64,000 nt of DNA from Alloascoidea hylecoeti. Its lineage: Eukaryota. The DNA is taken from assembly GCA_001600815.1 (NCBI GenBank), contig BCKZ01000002.1, positions 1,186,294 to 1,250,293 of the forward strand. Reading direction: 5' to 3'. Under the pieces are notes generated by a model, which was given only the letters and a program-made list of their open reading frames with translations, searched no databases and was not told where the DNA came from. Of the stretch, positions 1 to 10,167 are shown piece after piece. Every line of letters starts with the position of its first letter. Positions within the stretch are counted from its first letter, which is position 1. The position numbers and the translations under genes were made by a program.

Positions 1-9
1 CACATTCTA

Positions 10-1584
10 ATGAATCTAGATTATAAATCTCAGATGGGATTTTCAAATCTTCCACCGAAACATCGTTCTAAACCCTTTTACTTAGGTAGCTTCCTAGTCT
101 CTCCTTTATCTTTGTTTGCCCTGATATCCTTTTATGTTTTCATATTTCTAACAAATTTTCATTTGAAGATTGATGGTTATGATATATCAAAAGTGCTTAC
201 TTTGGGACTTATCCCTAAAGAACACTATTACCCAGACTTCCCTTCGGGCAACCAGGTCTATATCAATGAAAAAGGACTAGTAGAATATCAAACACCTGCT
301 GTTGAATTTTTTGATATGTATGACTATAGATCGACTGCTGGAGGTTGGAAAAGAAATGAAAGGATTTTATTTTTGGTTCCTTTGAGAGATGCTGCTGCCC
401 ATTTACCAATGTTTTTCAATCATATGAGAAATTTAACATATCCACATAACTTAATTGACCTGGCATTTTTAGTATCCGATTCAAAAGATGATACAATGGG
501 TCATTTAAAATCTCATCTAAGAAAAGTTCAAGGAGATGGCGACCCTTCTATGAGATTTGGTAGAATTGAAATTTATGAAAAAGATTTTGGACAAAATATT
601 GGACAAGGGTTTTCAGATAGACATGGTTTTGCAGCTCAAGGCCCACGAAGGAAACTAATGGCGAGAGCTAGAAATTGGTTATTATCTGTTGCGTTGAGGC
701 CTGACCATTCATGGGTATATTGGAGAGATGCTGATGTTGAAACTGTTCCAGCCTCTATCTTACAAGATTTAATGCATCATAATAAAGATGTAATTGTGCC
801 TAATATTTGGCGTCCTCTTCCTGATTGGCTCGGTTATGTTCAGCCGTATGATTTGAATTCATGGCAAGAGAGTGAAGGTGCTCTACAACTAGCAGATACT
901 TTAGATGAAGATGCTGTTATTGTTGAAGGTTATGTCGAATATGCAACATGGCGACCACATTTAGCATATCTTCGAGATCCTTACGGTGATCCTGAAGTTG
1001 AAATTGATTTGGATGGTATAGGAGGTGTTTCTATTCTTGCTAAAGCTTCAGCGTTTCGTCAAGGAGCTCATTTCCCAGCCTTTTCTTTTGAAAAACACGC
1101 TGAAACTGAAGGATTTGGTAAAATGTGTGTAAGAATGGGACTTTCTGTAATTGGATTACCACATTATGTCATTTGGCATATATATGAACCTTCAAATGAT
1201 GATTTAAAGCATATGGAATGGATGGCCCAAGAAGAAGAGAAGAGGAAAGAATATGAAAAAGTTAAAGCTATTTATGATAAAGCTTGGGATGTTGCATTTG
1301 AAGACGTTATTCCTGATTGGCGACAAGAAAAGGTTGATGTTTTTAAGAATACGGATTTGGGCAGGTTGCAAAATATTTACAATGATTGGAGTTCTGATGA
1401 TGATAATAATAATAATAATGATAATAATAATGATAATAATAATAATGATAATAATAACGATAATAGCAATGATAATAACAACATCGATAACATTGAAGAT
1501 AACATAGGAAATAAAAAGGATAATAACAATGATAATAATATTGAAAATAACAATGATAACAGCAACTTAGATAACTCTAAATAG
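10..1584 (+). CDS. ANP1: Golgi mannan polymerase II subunit Anp1 (GT62), with N/D-rich tail
   Basis: 524-aa ORF with an N-terminal TM anchor. Motifs PLRDAAAHLPMFFNH, FSDRHGFAAQGPRRKLMARARNWL, WRDAD and WHIYEPSNDDLKHMEWMAQEE match Anp1 rather than Van1 or Mnn9 (recalled). Confidence 0.92.
   Translation: MNLDYKSQMGFSNLPPKHRSKPFYLGSFLVSPLSLFALISFYVFIFLTNFHLKIDGYDISKVLTLGLIPKEHYYPDFPSGNQVYINEKGLVEYQTPAVEFFDMYDYRSTAGGWKRNERILFLVPLRDAAAHLPMFFNHMRNLTYPHNLIDLAFLVSDSKDDTMGHLKSHLRKVQGDGDPSMRFGRIEIYEKDFGQNIGQGFSDRHGFAAQGPRRKLMARARNWLLSVALRPDHSWVYWRDADVETVPASILQDLMHHNKDVIVPNIWRPLPDWLGYVQPYDLNSWQESEGALQLADTLDEDAVIVEGYVEYATWRPHLAYLRDPYGDPEVEIDLDGIGGVSILAKASAFRQGAHFPAFSFEKHAETEGFGKMCVRMGLSVIGLPHYVIWHIYEPSNDDLKHMEWMAQEEEKRKEYEKVKAIYDKAWDVAFEDVIPDWRQEKVDVFKNTDLGRLQNIYNDWSSDDDNNNNNDNNNDNNNNDNNNDNSNDNNNIDNIEDNIGNKKDNNNDNNIENNNDNSNLDNSK
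1396..1560 (+). repeat. (AAT/GAT/AAC)n coding microsatellite encoding poly-Asn/Asp
   Basis: Directly visible triplet runs gataataataataat... Confidence 0.95.
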
Positions 1585-2187
1585 TTAAACAAAAGGCGGT
1601 TTTGTATTGATTATTGGAGTTATATTCTTTAAAAACTTATCATCAATCCTATATCTTTTTCCTCGGTCATTAGTTCCTTATCAAAAGAAGATAGAATTAA
1701 ATTTAGAATCATCATGAAAGGAATTATGATAATTCTAGTTATCAAAAATCACATTTTCACGACTTATTATTATTCCATTTGATTTTTGTATTATGCATAT
1801 AAAGTATCCATTTCCCATTCCCCATTTCCCATTTCCTATTTCATTGCTTTCCATTTGCATATAACTAATACACATCACAGGTATTTCTTAACTTAAAGTT
1901 TTGGGATTTGAATCATTTATAAAAATATAACATATATTTAGTCGTTATTTTGTTTTTGCTTTTGCTTAAATTTTTGTTTTATAATATTACATTTTTTATA
2001 TATATATTCTAGATCTATAATTATTTAAAGCTTGTATTCTTGTTTTTAAGTTGCAGATAATTATTACTAGAGTGTAGTTTTAAGCAGGTTTCACGTTTGG
2101 ATTACAATAGCAAGCAAAAGGACATGGTTTTCAACGAACCGGTCACGCTTTCTCGAATCAAAGGAGGTCACTGTAAAACAAAGAGGA

Positions 2188-2304
2188 ACGCGTCCCGCAA
2201 AAACACAAATAAAAAACCCAGAGAAAGCCCCCCAAATCGACACCTCCAACCCTTAGATTGCACTCAAAACTGGGTTTCCAACATCTTCACTTCATATGAC
2301 GCGT
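2188..2304. promoter_or_regulatory. Two MCB (ACGCGT) G1/S elements upstream of the forkhead gene
   Basis: ACGCGT at 2188-2193 and 2299-2304, 150-270 bp upstream of ATG 2456. HCM1 is a known G1/S (MBF/SBF) target. Confidence 0.65.
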
Positions 2305-2455
2305 AGCCAGCCATTTAAATGACATAAAAAGTGTTTTCTTTGGAGTGTTTCACAGAATGGGCAGTGTGTCATGTGACCAGACACGGTAGCAGATTTAGAT
2401 TTACGAGCAGTGTTCCTCTTTTTTACCTTTTACTTTTTTCTCAACCTCCATCGCC

Positions 2456-4765
2456 ATGAAAGAAGATACCCTCAACACAAATTTTCTGAGATCCCTGGCC
2501 TCCGTGCATCTCCCGCAGCCACCCTCACAATCATCCGTGCATCCCTCCCTGCCGTTACCTGCCATCCCTTACTCATACTCACACGTTCAACAGCATCCCC
2601 AGAATCTGCCCATGGACGGAAGATCACCTATGGCTCAAATAAATACTCCTCCTCACACTCAACAGAAATCACGTCTTCCTCACTCTCTTTTGTTTTCTGG
2701 AAAAGAAAATACCCCTTCGCATCAATCTTTCCCCCAAGCATTTATTCAAGAATCTCCTTCTGTGTCCACTCTATCCCCTATGGATACTGGCAAGAAACCT
2801 CCATATTCGTATTCTTCTCTGATAGGTATGGCTATACTATCCTCCCCTGAACAACGTCTTACATTAGCTCAGATATACCTATGGATCTCTACTCATTTTT
2901 CTCACTATAAGCTATCTGATAATGAAAAGGGCAATGGTAAAGGCTGGCAAAATTCTATAAGGCATAACCTATCACTTAACAAAGCATTTAGAAAATTAGA
3001 AAAAGCAAAAGATGGAAAAGGTTGTTATTGGGGGGTTAATCCAGGGTTTGAAGATGGCCTATTAAAATCCAAATCACTTCGAATTCAGAAATCTACTAAA
3101 AAATCCGTAAATGGATCAATTCTATCGTCATTTAACAACAATGTATCTTTAATGTCTCCTTCATTAAGCAGCACTTCTATAACAAGCACAACAAGTCATC
3201 AGTCTTTACCTCTCCCTGATAATTCGAATAATAATCTTATTACTAGCACTCCATTGCCCACTAAACCGCGATCTATTTATACCCTTACACAACAAGAAGA
3301 TGAAGAAGGGTTAACAATAGAAACTGAAGATACAAATGCAACCGATCCTTTGTCTCCTTCATCTGATATTACAACCCCTGTACAGACACATACTGATGAT
3401 CTGAAAAGAAAATTATTTTCCGATCATGATACTGATGAAGAAGATAGTGATGATGAATTTAAACAACCCATTAAACGTACAAAAACGGCTATTGGTCTAT
3501 CACATCCAACGTTTTACAATTCGAATGACTCTTTAACACCGATTAAGAGTTTAAATTTTAATAAATTTGGTACACCTGATTTAAATCTTTCAATTTCAAA
3601 AAAAACAATTTTACAACCACCTACAAGTTCAAATTCTGATACTTTCAATTTCTCATCGCCATCACCATCAAAGATTGGTATTATGAATAATATTCCCACA
3701 TTATCAGCTCCAAAAACTAATTGGTTCCCACAGGTTGTAGGTGATATTCCTGTCTTTCGTTCACAGGCTCGTTCTCCATCTAAATCTCCTTCTCAATCTC
3801 GTAATTTCACTACAACGGCCTCTTTTAATTCCAAGACTAATATCTCCCCAATGAAACTGATTGATCCCGGTCCTTTATTTCCAATAACTCCTAACTCAAA
3901 GCTATCTAATCTTGCAAAACCTATCTTATTACAAACTCCCAAAAATGAAAGTTCTAGCTCAAATTCCAAAGATAATAATTATGATGAATCACCTACCTCA
4001 TCTAATAGAAGATCCATTTTGCGACGCTTATGGCAAAGTCCTTCATTTATATTTCCATTTGATGATTCTTGCATAAGTCCCACAAAAAGTAAAACTCCGG
4101 GTTCTGGAACAAAAGATTCATCTGTACGAATAACTCAATCTCTTAATCTTTCTATATCAGATTCGGTTTTTAGAGGTTCACCATTACGACATACAAATTC
4201 TCATATTAGGACAAATTCAAAAACGCTTTTATCTTCAACGCCGAATTCAAATTCAAAACATAATAATAATAACTCTTTGAATACTGTAAATGAGGAGAAA
4301 ATGTCACAATTATGGGGATCACCTTGTCGAAAACAATATCAAGAATCTTCAACTTATCCTTATTCTCCACATTCTTTATCACCTTATTCATTTTCTACCA
4401 CTTTTAGTTCTTTTTCAGCATTGCGTGGAGAATTAGATAATGAAGCTGATGGTGATATATTTGGTGTTGATGTATATCGAACTGTCGAAAGAGCAAGTAG
4501 TTCAATTTCTGAAAATTTCGGGATGGCGCGTTCCAATTCTAAAACTAAAGAAGGAACCGATGATGATAATAACTTAGCTGACAAAATAGTTGAACTTAAA
4601 GCAACAGAGGATAATGAAAATGATCATAATGAAAAAGATGATGTTGATAGTCTTAATGATGGTGACGTTACAATAGAAATAATTGAAAATGATAAAGATA
4701 ATACAATAGATGATTCAAATTCAACGATTACAATGCCAGAACAGGAAGATGAATCTGAAATATAA
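2456..4765 (+). CDS. HCM1: Forkhead transcription factor, Hcm1-like
   Basis: Forkhead domain KKPPYSYSSLIGMAI...WQNSIRHNLSLNKAF, no FHA domain, many S/T-P sites, MCB promoter. Linked to tRNA-Ser(CGA), as HCM1 and SUP61 are in S. cerevisiae (recalled). Confidence 0.75.
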   Translation: MKEDTLNTNFLRSLASVHLPQPPSQSSVHPSLPLPAIPYSYSHVQQHPQNLPMDGRSPMAQINTPPHTQQKSRLPHSLLFSGKENTPSHQSFPQAFIQESPSVSTLSPMDTGKKPPYSYSSLIGMAILSSPEQRLTLAQIYLWISTHFSHYKLSDNEKGNGKGWQNSIRHNLSLNKAFRKLEKAKDGKGCYWGVNPGFEDGLLKSKSLRIQKSTKKSVNGSILSSFNNNVSLMSPSLSSTSITSTTSHQSLPLPDNSNNNLITSTPLPTKPRSIYTLTQQEDEEGLTIETEDTNATDPLSPSSDITTPVQTHTDDLKRKLFSDHDTDEEDSDDEFKQPIKRTKTAIGLSHPTFYNSNDSLTPIKSLNFNKFGTPDLNLSISKKTILQPPTSSNSDTFNFSSPSPSKIGIMNNIPTLSAPKTNWFPQVVGDIPVFRSQARSPSKSPSQSRNFTTTASFNSKTNISPMKLIDPGPLFPITPNSKLSNLAKPILLQTPKNESSSSNSKDNNYDESPTSSNRRSILRRLWQSPSFIFPFDDSCISPTKSKTPGSGTKDSSVRITQSLNLSISDSVFRGSPLRHTNSHIRTNSKTLLSSTPNSNSKHNNNNSLNTVNEEKMSQLWGSPCRKQYQESSTYPYSPHSLSPYSFSTTFSSFSALRGELDNEADGDIFGVDVYRTVERASSSISENFGMARSNSKTKEGTDDDNNLADKIVELKATEDNENDHNEKDDVDSLNDGDVTIEIIENDKDNTIDDSNSTITMPEQEDESEI

Positions 4766-5787
4766 AATTGTTATTTACTAAATCAAACAATAAAGTGTAT
4801 TATTTAAAAGGAAATCGTCTAAATTTTTATATTTTATATTTTTTCAAAACTAAGATTCGAATTCGAATAAAGGAAGTTGATACCTTGTTTTTATATCCTG
4901 CTTACCACATTGGGTAATTGATCTTTTTTTCTTTTTTCTTTTTTCTTTTTTGGTGTTGTTTAATACAATTGTTTTTCTATAATTAATTCTATTATTTGCT
5001 TTCTCTTGTATCTTGAAGACTCTGGGGTTTAGTTTTTCGAGTTATATATTATATTATTTCTCATGTTTTTTTATAGTACAAGTACTAGTACTGGTTCACT
5101 TTTAATCTTTTTTATGTTTTTGGGATCTTTTGTAAGATTATGATTATTAAATCATACTCTGTATATTTTCTCTTTTCTCTTTTCTCTTGTACATTCCCTC
5201 CTCTATTTTAAATTTTTAAATTGATTAAGCGTAAGATGATGTTTTTGATTTATTGGTTTTAAACTGTTGTATTTGATATATCATTATTGTAAACTAACTA
5301 GACTACATTAAATCAAAAATGATTATAAATATATAAAAGTTAGCTAGAGGAATAAACAACTTATTTTAACTTCGATATCGTAACTCAAGATGGAAGATTC
5401 AGCTTTCCCTTTTAGTAAATTCGCTGATATAGTACGATCGTATATTTATATGTATATTTATTGTGGTGGTCTTCAACAACTTTAAATTATGAATTTGAAT
5501 TGATACATGCCCTTTTCATTTAAAAAAGACTTCATACATAAATTTATATTAAACGTGTAACTATTAAAACCAAAACTATAGGCTATATTGATTTGGTTTT
5601 AACTAATACTAGAAAGTGTTAAATTTTTTTCTATGTACAAATTTTGTACCCAAGCATATTTTTTGTTATATACTGAATAAGAGGGAAATCTGACCATTGG
5701 AAAAAAGTGAGAAGAATGAGCCTTCAAACGATTGCTCCCACGGATCCTTGTAGATCGGGGATGGTCAAAATAAAAACATAAAAAGAA

Positions 5788-5894
5788 CGACAGCAGCAGG
5801 ATTTGAACCTGCGCGGGCAGAGCCCAAAAGATCACTAATATTCCAGAGAGGATTTAATTCGAGTCTTTCGCCTTAACCACTCGGCCATACTGCC
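5788..5894 (-). tRNA. tRNA-Ser(CGA) with a 25-nt intron (5833-5857)
   Basis: Minus strand reads GGCAGTATGGCCGAGTGGTTAAGGCG AAAGA CT CGA A [intron] A TCTTT TGGGCTCTGCCC GCGCAGGTTCAAATCCTGCTGCTGTCG. Long variable arm, 82-nt mature length, T-run terminator. Confidence 0.95.
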
Positions 5895-5913
5895 AATTTC
5901 TACCATCGTGGAG

Positions 5914-6701
5914 GGACTTTCCTTTGGTTATTGATTCCTGACTTATTACTAAAAATGAAAAAAAGGAAGAAATGGTGGGGATTTATCAAAGAAACATATA
6001 AGGAACACCCTGAGGAGACACAATGGATACATTTGCTCAGCTTGGGATACGTTACTTATATGCTATACCCTAACAAAAAAGCAAAACAATGGTGGCACAA
6101 ATCTGATATTTGTAGTTTATGTCAACAAGGTAAAGACGACATATTACATCTATTTGAAGATTACTCAACCATAAGAATACTAAAGAAGATGATGTTAGGA
6201 AGCGATAGAATTGGGATCAAATTATTGATCGTAAATCCAAAAGATAACCATATATATAGAAAAAAATGGGGCTTTTATCAAAAAGGCACTTGAGCTAAGG
6301 AAAATAATTAGATTTGCAGGGACACCACCACAAATATTAAATGAGATTGATTGGGGGATTCTAATATCTAAAAACTTGAAAAAGTAAAATATATTTAAAA
6401 AAAAAAAAATTTACTTTAAAGGTGGTCTAGGTACATAAGAAGGGAAGAAAGAAGAGTGTCAAAAATACACAAAAATAAGAAGAATAGAAAGAGAGGTTTT
6501 TATTTCACTATATATAGTAGAGATTTCCTCAGAATTTACATAGTTTCTAGTTATATAATTTAATTGGAAAATATATGAAAAGTTAAAAAAAAAATTCACT
6601 ACTATACTTGATGGCATTATTATGTCTTTACCACATAAAATAGATGCCATCAAGAAGTATAGTAGTGAAATAATAATAAGTCAGGAATCAAAGGAAAGTC
6701 C
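5914..6701. mobile_element. ~145-bp foldback/MITE-like element split by the LINE insertion
   Basis: 5914-5950 (GGACTTTCCTTTG..ATTCCTGACTTATTA) joined to 6595-6631 is the near reverse complement of 6639-6701 (..ATGCCATCAAGAAGTATAGTAGTGAAATAATAATAAGTCAGGAATCAAAGGAAAGTCC). Confidence 0.7.
5951..6594 (+). mobile_element. 5'-truncated, decayed non-LTR retrotransposon (L1-clade-like): ORF2 C-terminus, 3' UTR and poly(A)
   Basis: ORF contains CSLCQQGKDDILHLF (CxxC-x8-HLF zinc knuckle, last Cys lost). After a stop/frameshift it continues as LRKIIRF..., resembling the WxxRNxxxF motif, to TAA at 6387. A13 at 6397-6409 and A10 at 6585-6594. Ends are fixed by the interrupted foldback. Confidence 0.75.
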
Positions 6702-6760
6702 AATAATGAGTTCTTTACAACCCTTCAAAAACATGAACTCATGTTTTATGTATAACTCGA

Positions 6761-6842
6761 GTGATTCTCTCACTTAAATGGTTTCTATTTAAAAATTTTA
6801 ATTGGAAATTATACACATGTACTATATAAAGTTAAAAAAAAA
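6761..6842 (+). mobile_element. Older degenerate copy of the same retroelement 3' end
   Basis: GTGATTCTCTCACTTAAATGGTTTCTATTTAAAAATTTTAATTGGAAATTATA...AAAGTTAAAAAAAAA aligns with 6520-6594. Confidence 0.65.
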
Positions 6843-6928
6843 TAATCACGGTTTATATTATATATATTTGCTATACTTAAAGACTTTAGCTATCGATGTT
6901 CCATGTTTACAAAGATATTTCGAATTCC

Positions 6929-6955
6929 AACGTTAACGTTAACGTTAACGTTAAC
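6929..6955. repeat. (AACGTT)4.5 self-complementary tandem repeat
   Basis: aacgttaacgttaacgttaacgttaac seen directly. Confidence 0.95.
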
Positions 6956-7719
6956 TGCTAGTCTCATTCCATTGTTTCCGTAGTTACAATCCAACAGATC
7001 TAGATGAAGACCAGTCTGAAACCTTCACTCTTTAAGTCTTATCCATGTATTTATTCGCATGTAAACTTTTTTAAAGTATCAAACAGCTATTATACTAGTA
7101 CTCCAATGAATTAGAGTTTGAGTGTTAGAGTTGTATCGATTAAATTTGCCATTTTAGTGGAGAATTCTGTATGATAGTCCAAAGTAGAGTTGAAGATTAA
7201 TTGAATTTTTTTAGCCTCTGGAGAAGAATACACCACCTCTACTAGAGAGAATATGTTGACTCGGACTCCAAACAAAATTTAAATGAGAGCCTGTTCTGAG
7301 AGAATATAAATATTGATCTTTAATATCTCTACGTATAGCTATAGAAATCTAGATTTCTTCGATTTCCCCATCCAAAGTTGCTATAAAAAGATAACTGTAA
7401 TAAAATATTTGCACTTAAATTCTGTATGCGGTTTAATCGGGCCCAATCAAAGGGTGCATAATCGATTGGACTTAATTAGTTTTTATTATTTACTATAGTC
7501 ATCTTTAGCATAATAAAAACATGTTTCATAAATTATAATTATGTTTTCTTCTTCCTTAAATTTTCTGCCGTGAAAAAACGTAAGCGATCAAATTCGTGAT
7601 AACTGTGTTTGCCATTTTCTTTTTGACGACATATTTGTCTTCCGCTTTGATTATCTTTGTTTCATTTAAAGTTTCCCCTAATACTCGAGCTTGATTTGGA
7701 CCGACAACTTTTTTGAACA

Positions 7720-9588
7720 ATGGTTACTGAACGGTCTCCTCTTCTACGCCCTGTTCGTTCTGCTGCTCTTTCTATTAATGAATGTCTCGATATCCCAAAC
7801 CCTAGAGGGTTCACTACCTCAAATGAAAGGAGAGCATCTTCCGTGGTAATTGGATCTTCTGGTAGGGTCGGTTTTGTCTATCCCAGTGATATTTTTCCGG
7901 GAACCGATGGTGATGGTGATTTTGACCAAGATTATGATGACGACGACGATGATGATAATGATGATCTTGAAAATGGATATCTTCGGTCTGACGATGCCAA
8001 TCGACTGGTTAATATTCGTAGCATTGATGAAGCTAGAACTTTACTACGGGACCAAGAACATTTATTATCAGAGAATAACATAATATATCCTAATAAGGGT
8101 GGAAGTGCTTCAGGTAGCAGGTCAAGGCTAAGTCGACAAGAGTCACTTGCTTCAATTGGTGATGATATTCAAAGATTATCTGATGTGTGGGTTGGGGCAA
8201 TAGATAGTGGAAAAATTACAACAAACTGGTATAATGAGTTTACGGCGTTGGTTGTTACTTCGATCCCTTTAGCTATCACATTTCTACTACAAAATTCATT
8301 GTCTGTAGCGTCAATCTTTGTTGTAAGTCATTTAGGTAAAACGGAATTGGGAGCTGTCACATTAGGATCAATGACTGCAAATATCACAGGATTGGCAGCA
8401 TTTCAGGGTATGGCAACAGCTTTAGACACCTTATGCTCACAATCATATGGGGCTGGAAAATATAAACAAGTTGGTGTACATTTTCAAAGATGTACCGCTC
8501 TAATGTTGACCGTCTTTCTGGGTGTTTCATTAATATGGTGGTTTTCATATGATATATTAACAACAATAGTTGACGAAAAAGAATTGGCTTATTTAGCAAG
8601 CAGGTATCTTAGAATCATGATTATTGGTGCACCAGGGTATATTTTATTCGAAACAGGAAAGAAATTTTTACAAAGTCAAGGCATTTTCAAAGCTGGTACT
8701 TATGTTTTGATTATTTGTGCACCTTTAAATGCCATTTTAAACTATGTGCTTGTTTGGAATAAGCATATCGGTGTCGGTTATCTTGGAGCACCAATAGCGG
8801 TTGTAATAAACTATTGGCTAATGACAATATTATTATATTCTTATATTTACTTCATTGACGGTTATCAATGTTGGAACGGCTTTGAAATTTGCAAAGCATT
8901 TCAGAATTGGAATAGATTATCAAAATTGGTTATTCCTGGTGTGGTCACAGTAGAAGCCGAATTTTTAGCATTTGAGCTGTTAACACTAGCTTCTTCGAAA
9001 TTTGGACTCGCTTCTCTCGCAGCACAATCAGTTATTGCCACTATCGGAACATTAGCGTATCAAGTTCCATTTTCTATATCTGTGGCTGCTTCAACACGGA
9101 TAGCCAATCTTGTTGGTGCAACTTTAGTTGACGCTGCTAAAATCGCTACCACTGTTTCTCTCATAATGTCTGTAATAGGTGGGGCAATTAACTGTACTAT
9201 CCTTTACCTTGGAAGATTTCATTTGGCACGATGGTTTACAAATGAACCAGAAGTTATATCTTTAATTGTTGAAGTATTGCCTATTATAGCAATATTGCAA
9301 GTTGGAGATGGTCTTAATGCTGTATCTGCAGGTGCTTTGAGAGGCCAAGGAAGACAACAAATTGCCGGATATTTAAATTTGATGGTTTATTATGCTATTG
9401 CATTACCATTAGGATTATCACTTGCTTTCACATTTGGTTGGAAATTAAAAGGACTATGGATTGGTAATACGTTGGGACTAGTGATGCTTGGAATAGTTCA
9501 AACGTTTTTCTTACTTAGAGCAGACTGGCCTTCTATAATCGCTGAAGCGAGAGGTAGGAACGTCGATGAAAGAATTATTGCACATTAA
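7720..9588 (+). CDS. MATE family multidrug/toxin efflux transporter (ERC1/YDR338C-like)
   Basis: 622 aa with multiple TM segments. MATE motifs GHLG-like SHLGKTELGAVTLG, GMATALDTLCSQSYGA, STRIANLVGA and GALRGQGRQ. Confidence 0.92.
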   Translation: MVTERSPLLRPVRSAALSINECLDIPNPRGFTTSNERRASSVVIGSSGRVGFVYPSDIFPGTDGDGDFDQDYDDDDDDDNDDLENGYLRSDDANRLVNIRSIDEARTLLRDQEHLLSENNIIYPNKGGSASGSRSRLSRQESLASIGDDIQRLSDVWVGAIDSGKITTNWYNEFTALVVTSIPLAITFLLQNSLSVASIFVVSHLGKTELGAVTLGSMTANITGLAAFQGMATALDTLCSQSYGAGKYKQVGVHFQRCTALMLTVFLGVSLIWWFSYDILTTIVDEKELAYLASRYLRIMIIGAPGYILFETGKKFLQSQGIFKAGTYVLIICAPLNAILNYVLVWNKHIGVGYLGAPIAVVINYWLMTILLYSYIYFIDGYQCWNGFEICKAFQNWNRLSKLVIPGVVTVEAEFLAFELLTLASSKFGLASLAAQSVIATIGTLAYQVPFSISVAASTRIANLVGATLVDAAKIATTVSLIMSVIGGAINCTILYLGRFHLARWFTNEPEVISLIVEVLPIIAILQVGDGLNAVSAGALRGQGRQQIAGYLNLMVYYAIALPLGLSLAFTFGWKLKGLWIGNTLGLVMLGIVQTFFLLRADWPSIIAEARGRNVDERIIAH

Positions 9589-9837
9589 TAATAAATTTAG
9601 CATTACATTGATGACTGTGATTATATACATTTCTAGATCTCCGGATAACTAACTTTTACTTAACTAATATAAAATTTTCAGATTTTTCCCTTATTTAATA
9701 TTGTCTCTCAATCTGTACAGATTTTGATTTTGGGGATATAAGAAGTTTATAGATTTTATTGCAATTGGAGTACTAATATTACTTTTGTTTGCTTTACTTG
9801 TGTTCAAATTTGGTGAAATTTTCAATAGTTAGTTTGA

Positions 9838-9908
9838 TTTTTTACCTTTATGATCATAAAATCTAGATATAAGGATATAACGAGAAACTACATAGGTGAG
9901 GAAATCAC
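9838..9908 (-). mobile_element. Highly degenerate copy of the retroelement 3' end
   Basis: Minus strand GATTTCCTCA..TAGTTTCTCGTTATAT..AAAGGTAAAAAA keeps the same ordered blocks as 6521-6594. Confidence 0.5.
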
Positions 9909-9983
9909 ACAACCTCTAAATCTATATTCTTTCTATCAACTATTATAATAATTTCCTCTTTTATTCTTATAGCAGAAATCTGC

Positions 9984-10101
9984 TTTTTTTTTTCTTTAAC
10001 TTTTCATATATTTTCCAATTAAATTATATAACTAGAAACTATTTAAAGTCTGAGGAAATCTCTACTATATATAGTGAAATATAAACCTCTTTTTTTATTC
10101 T
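9984..10101 (-). mobile_element. Severely 5'-truncated copy of the retroelement (3' UTR plus poly(A))
   Basis: Reverse complement matches 6481-6587 with 5 mismatches in ~107 nt (hand count) and ends in GTTAAAG-A10. Confidence 0.8.
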
Positions 10102-10167
10102 GGGCGGCTTTTACGAAGGGCATATTGTGTGAATGAAAGGAGGGTAAATAGGAATGGAACAATACGA

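Noticed and set aside
1253..1592. Ile/Met-rich and Leu/Ser-rich ORFs overlapping the ANP1 tail
   Set aside because: Alternative-frame readings of the AAT/GAT microsatellite.
1808..1845. (CCCATTT)-like repeat as an interstitial telomere or G-quadruplex
   Set aside because: About five degenerate units and only three G3+ tracts; the telomere motif is unknown.
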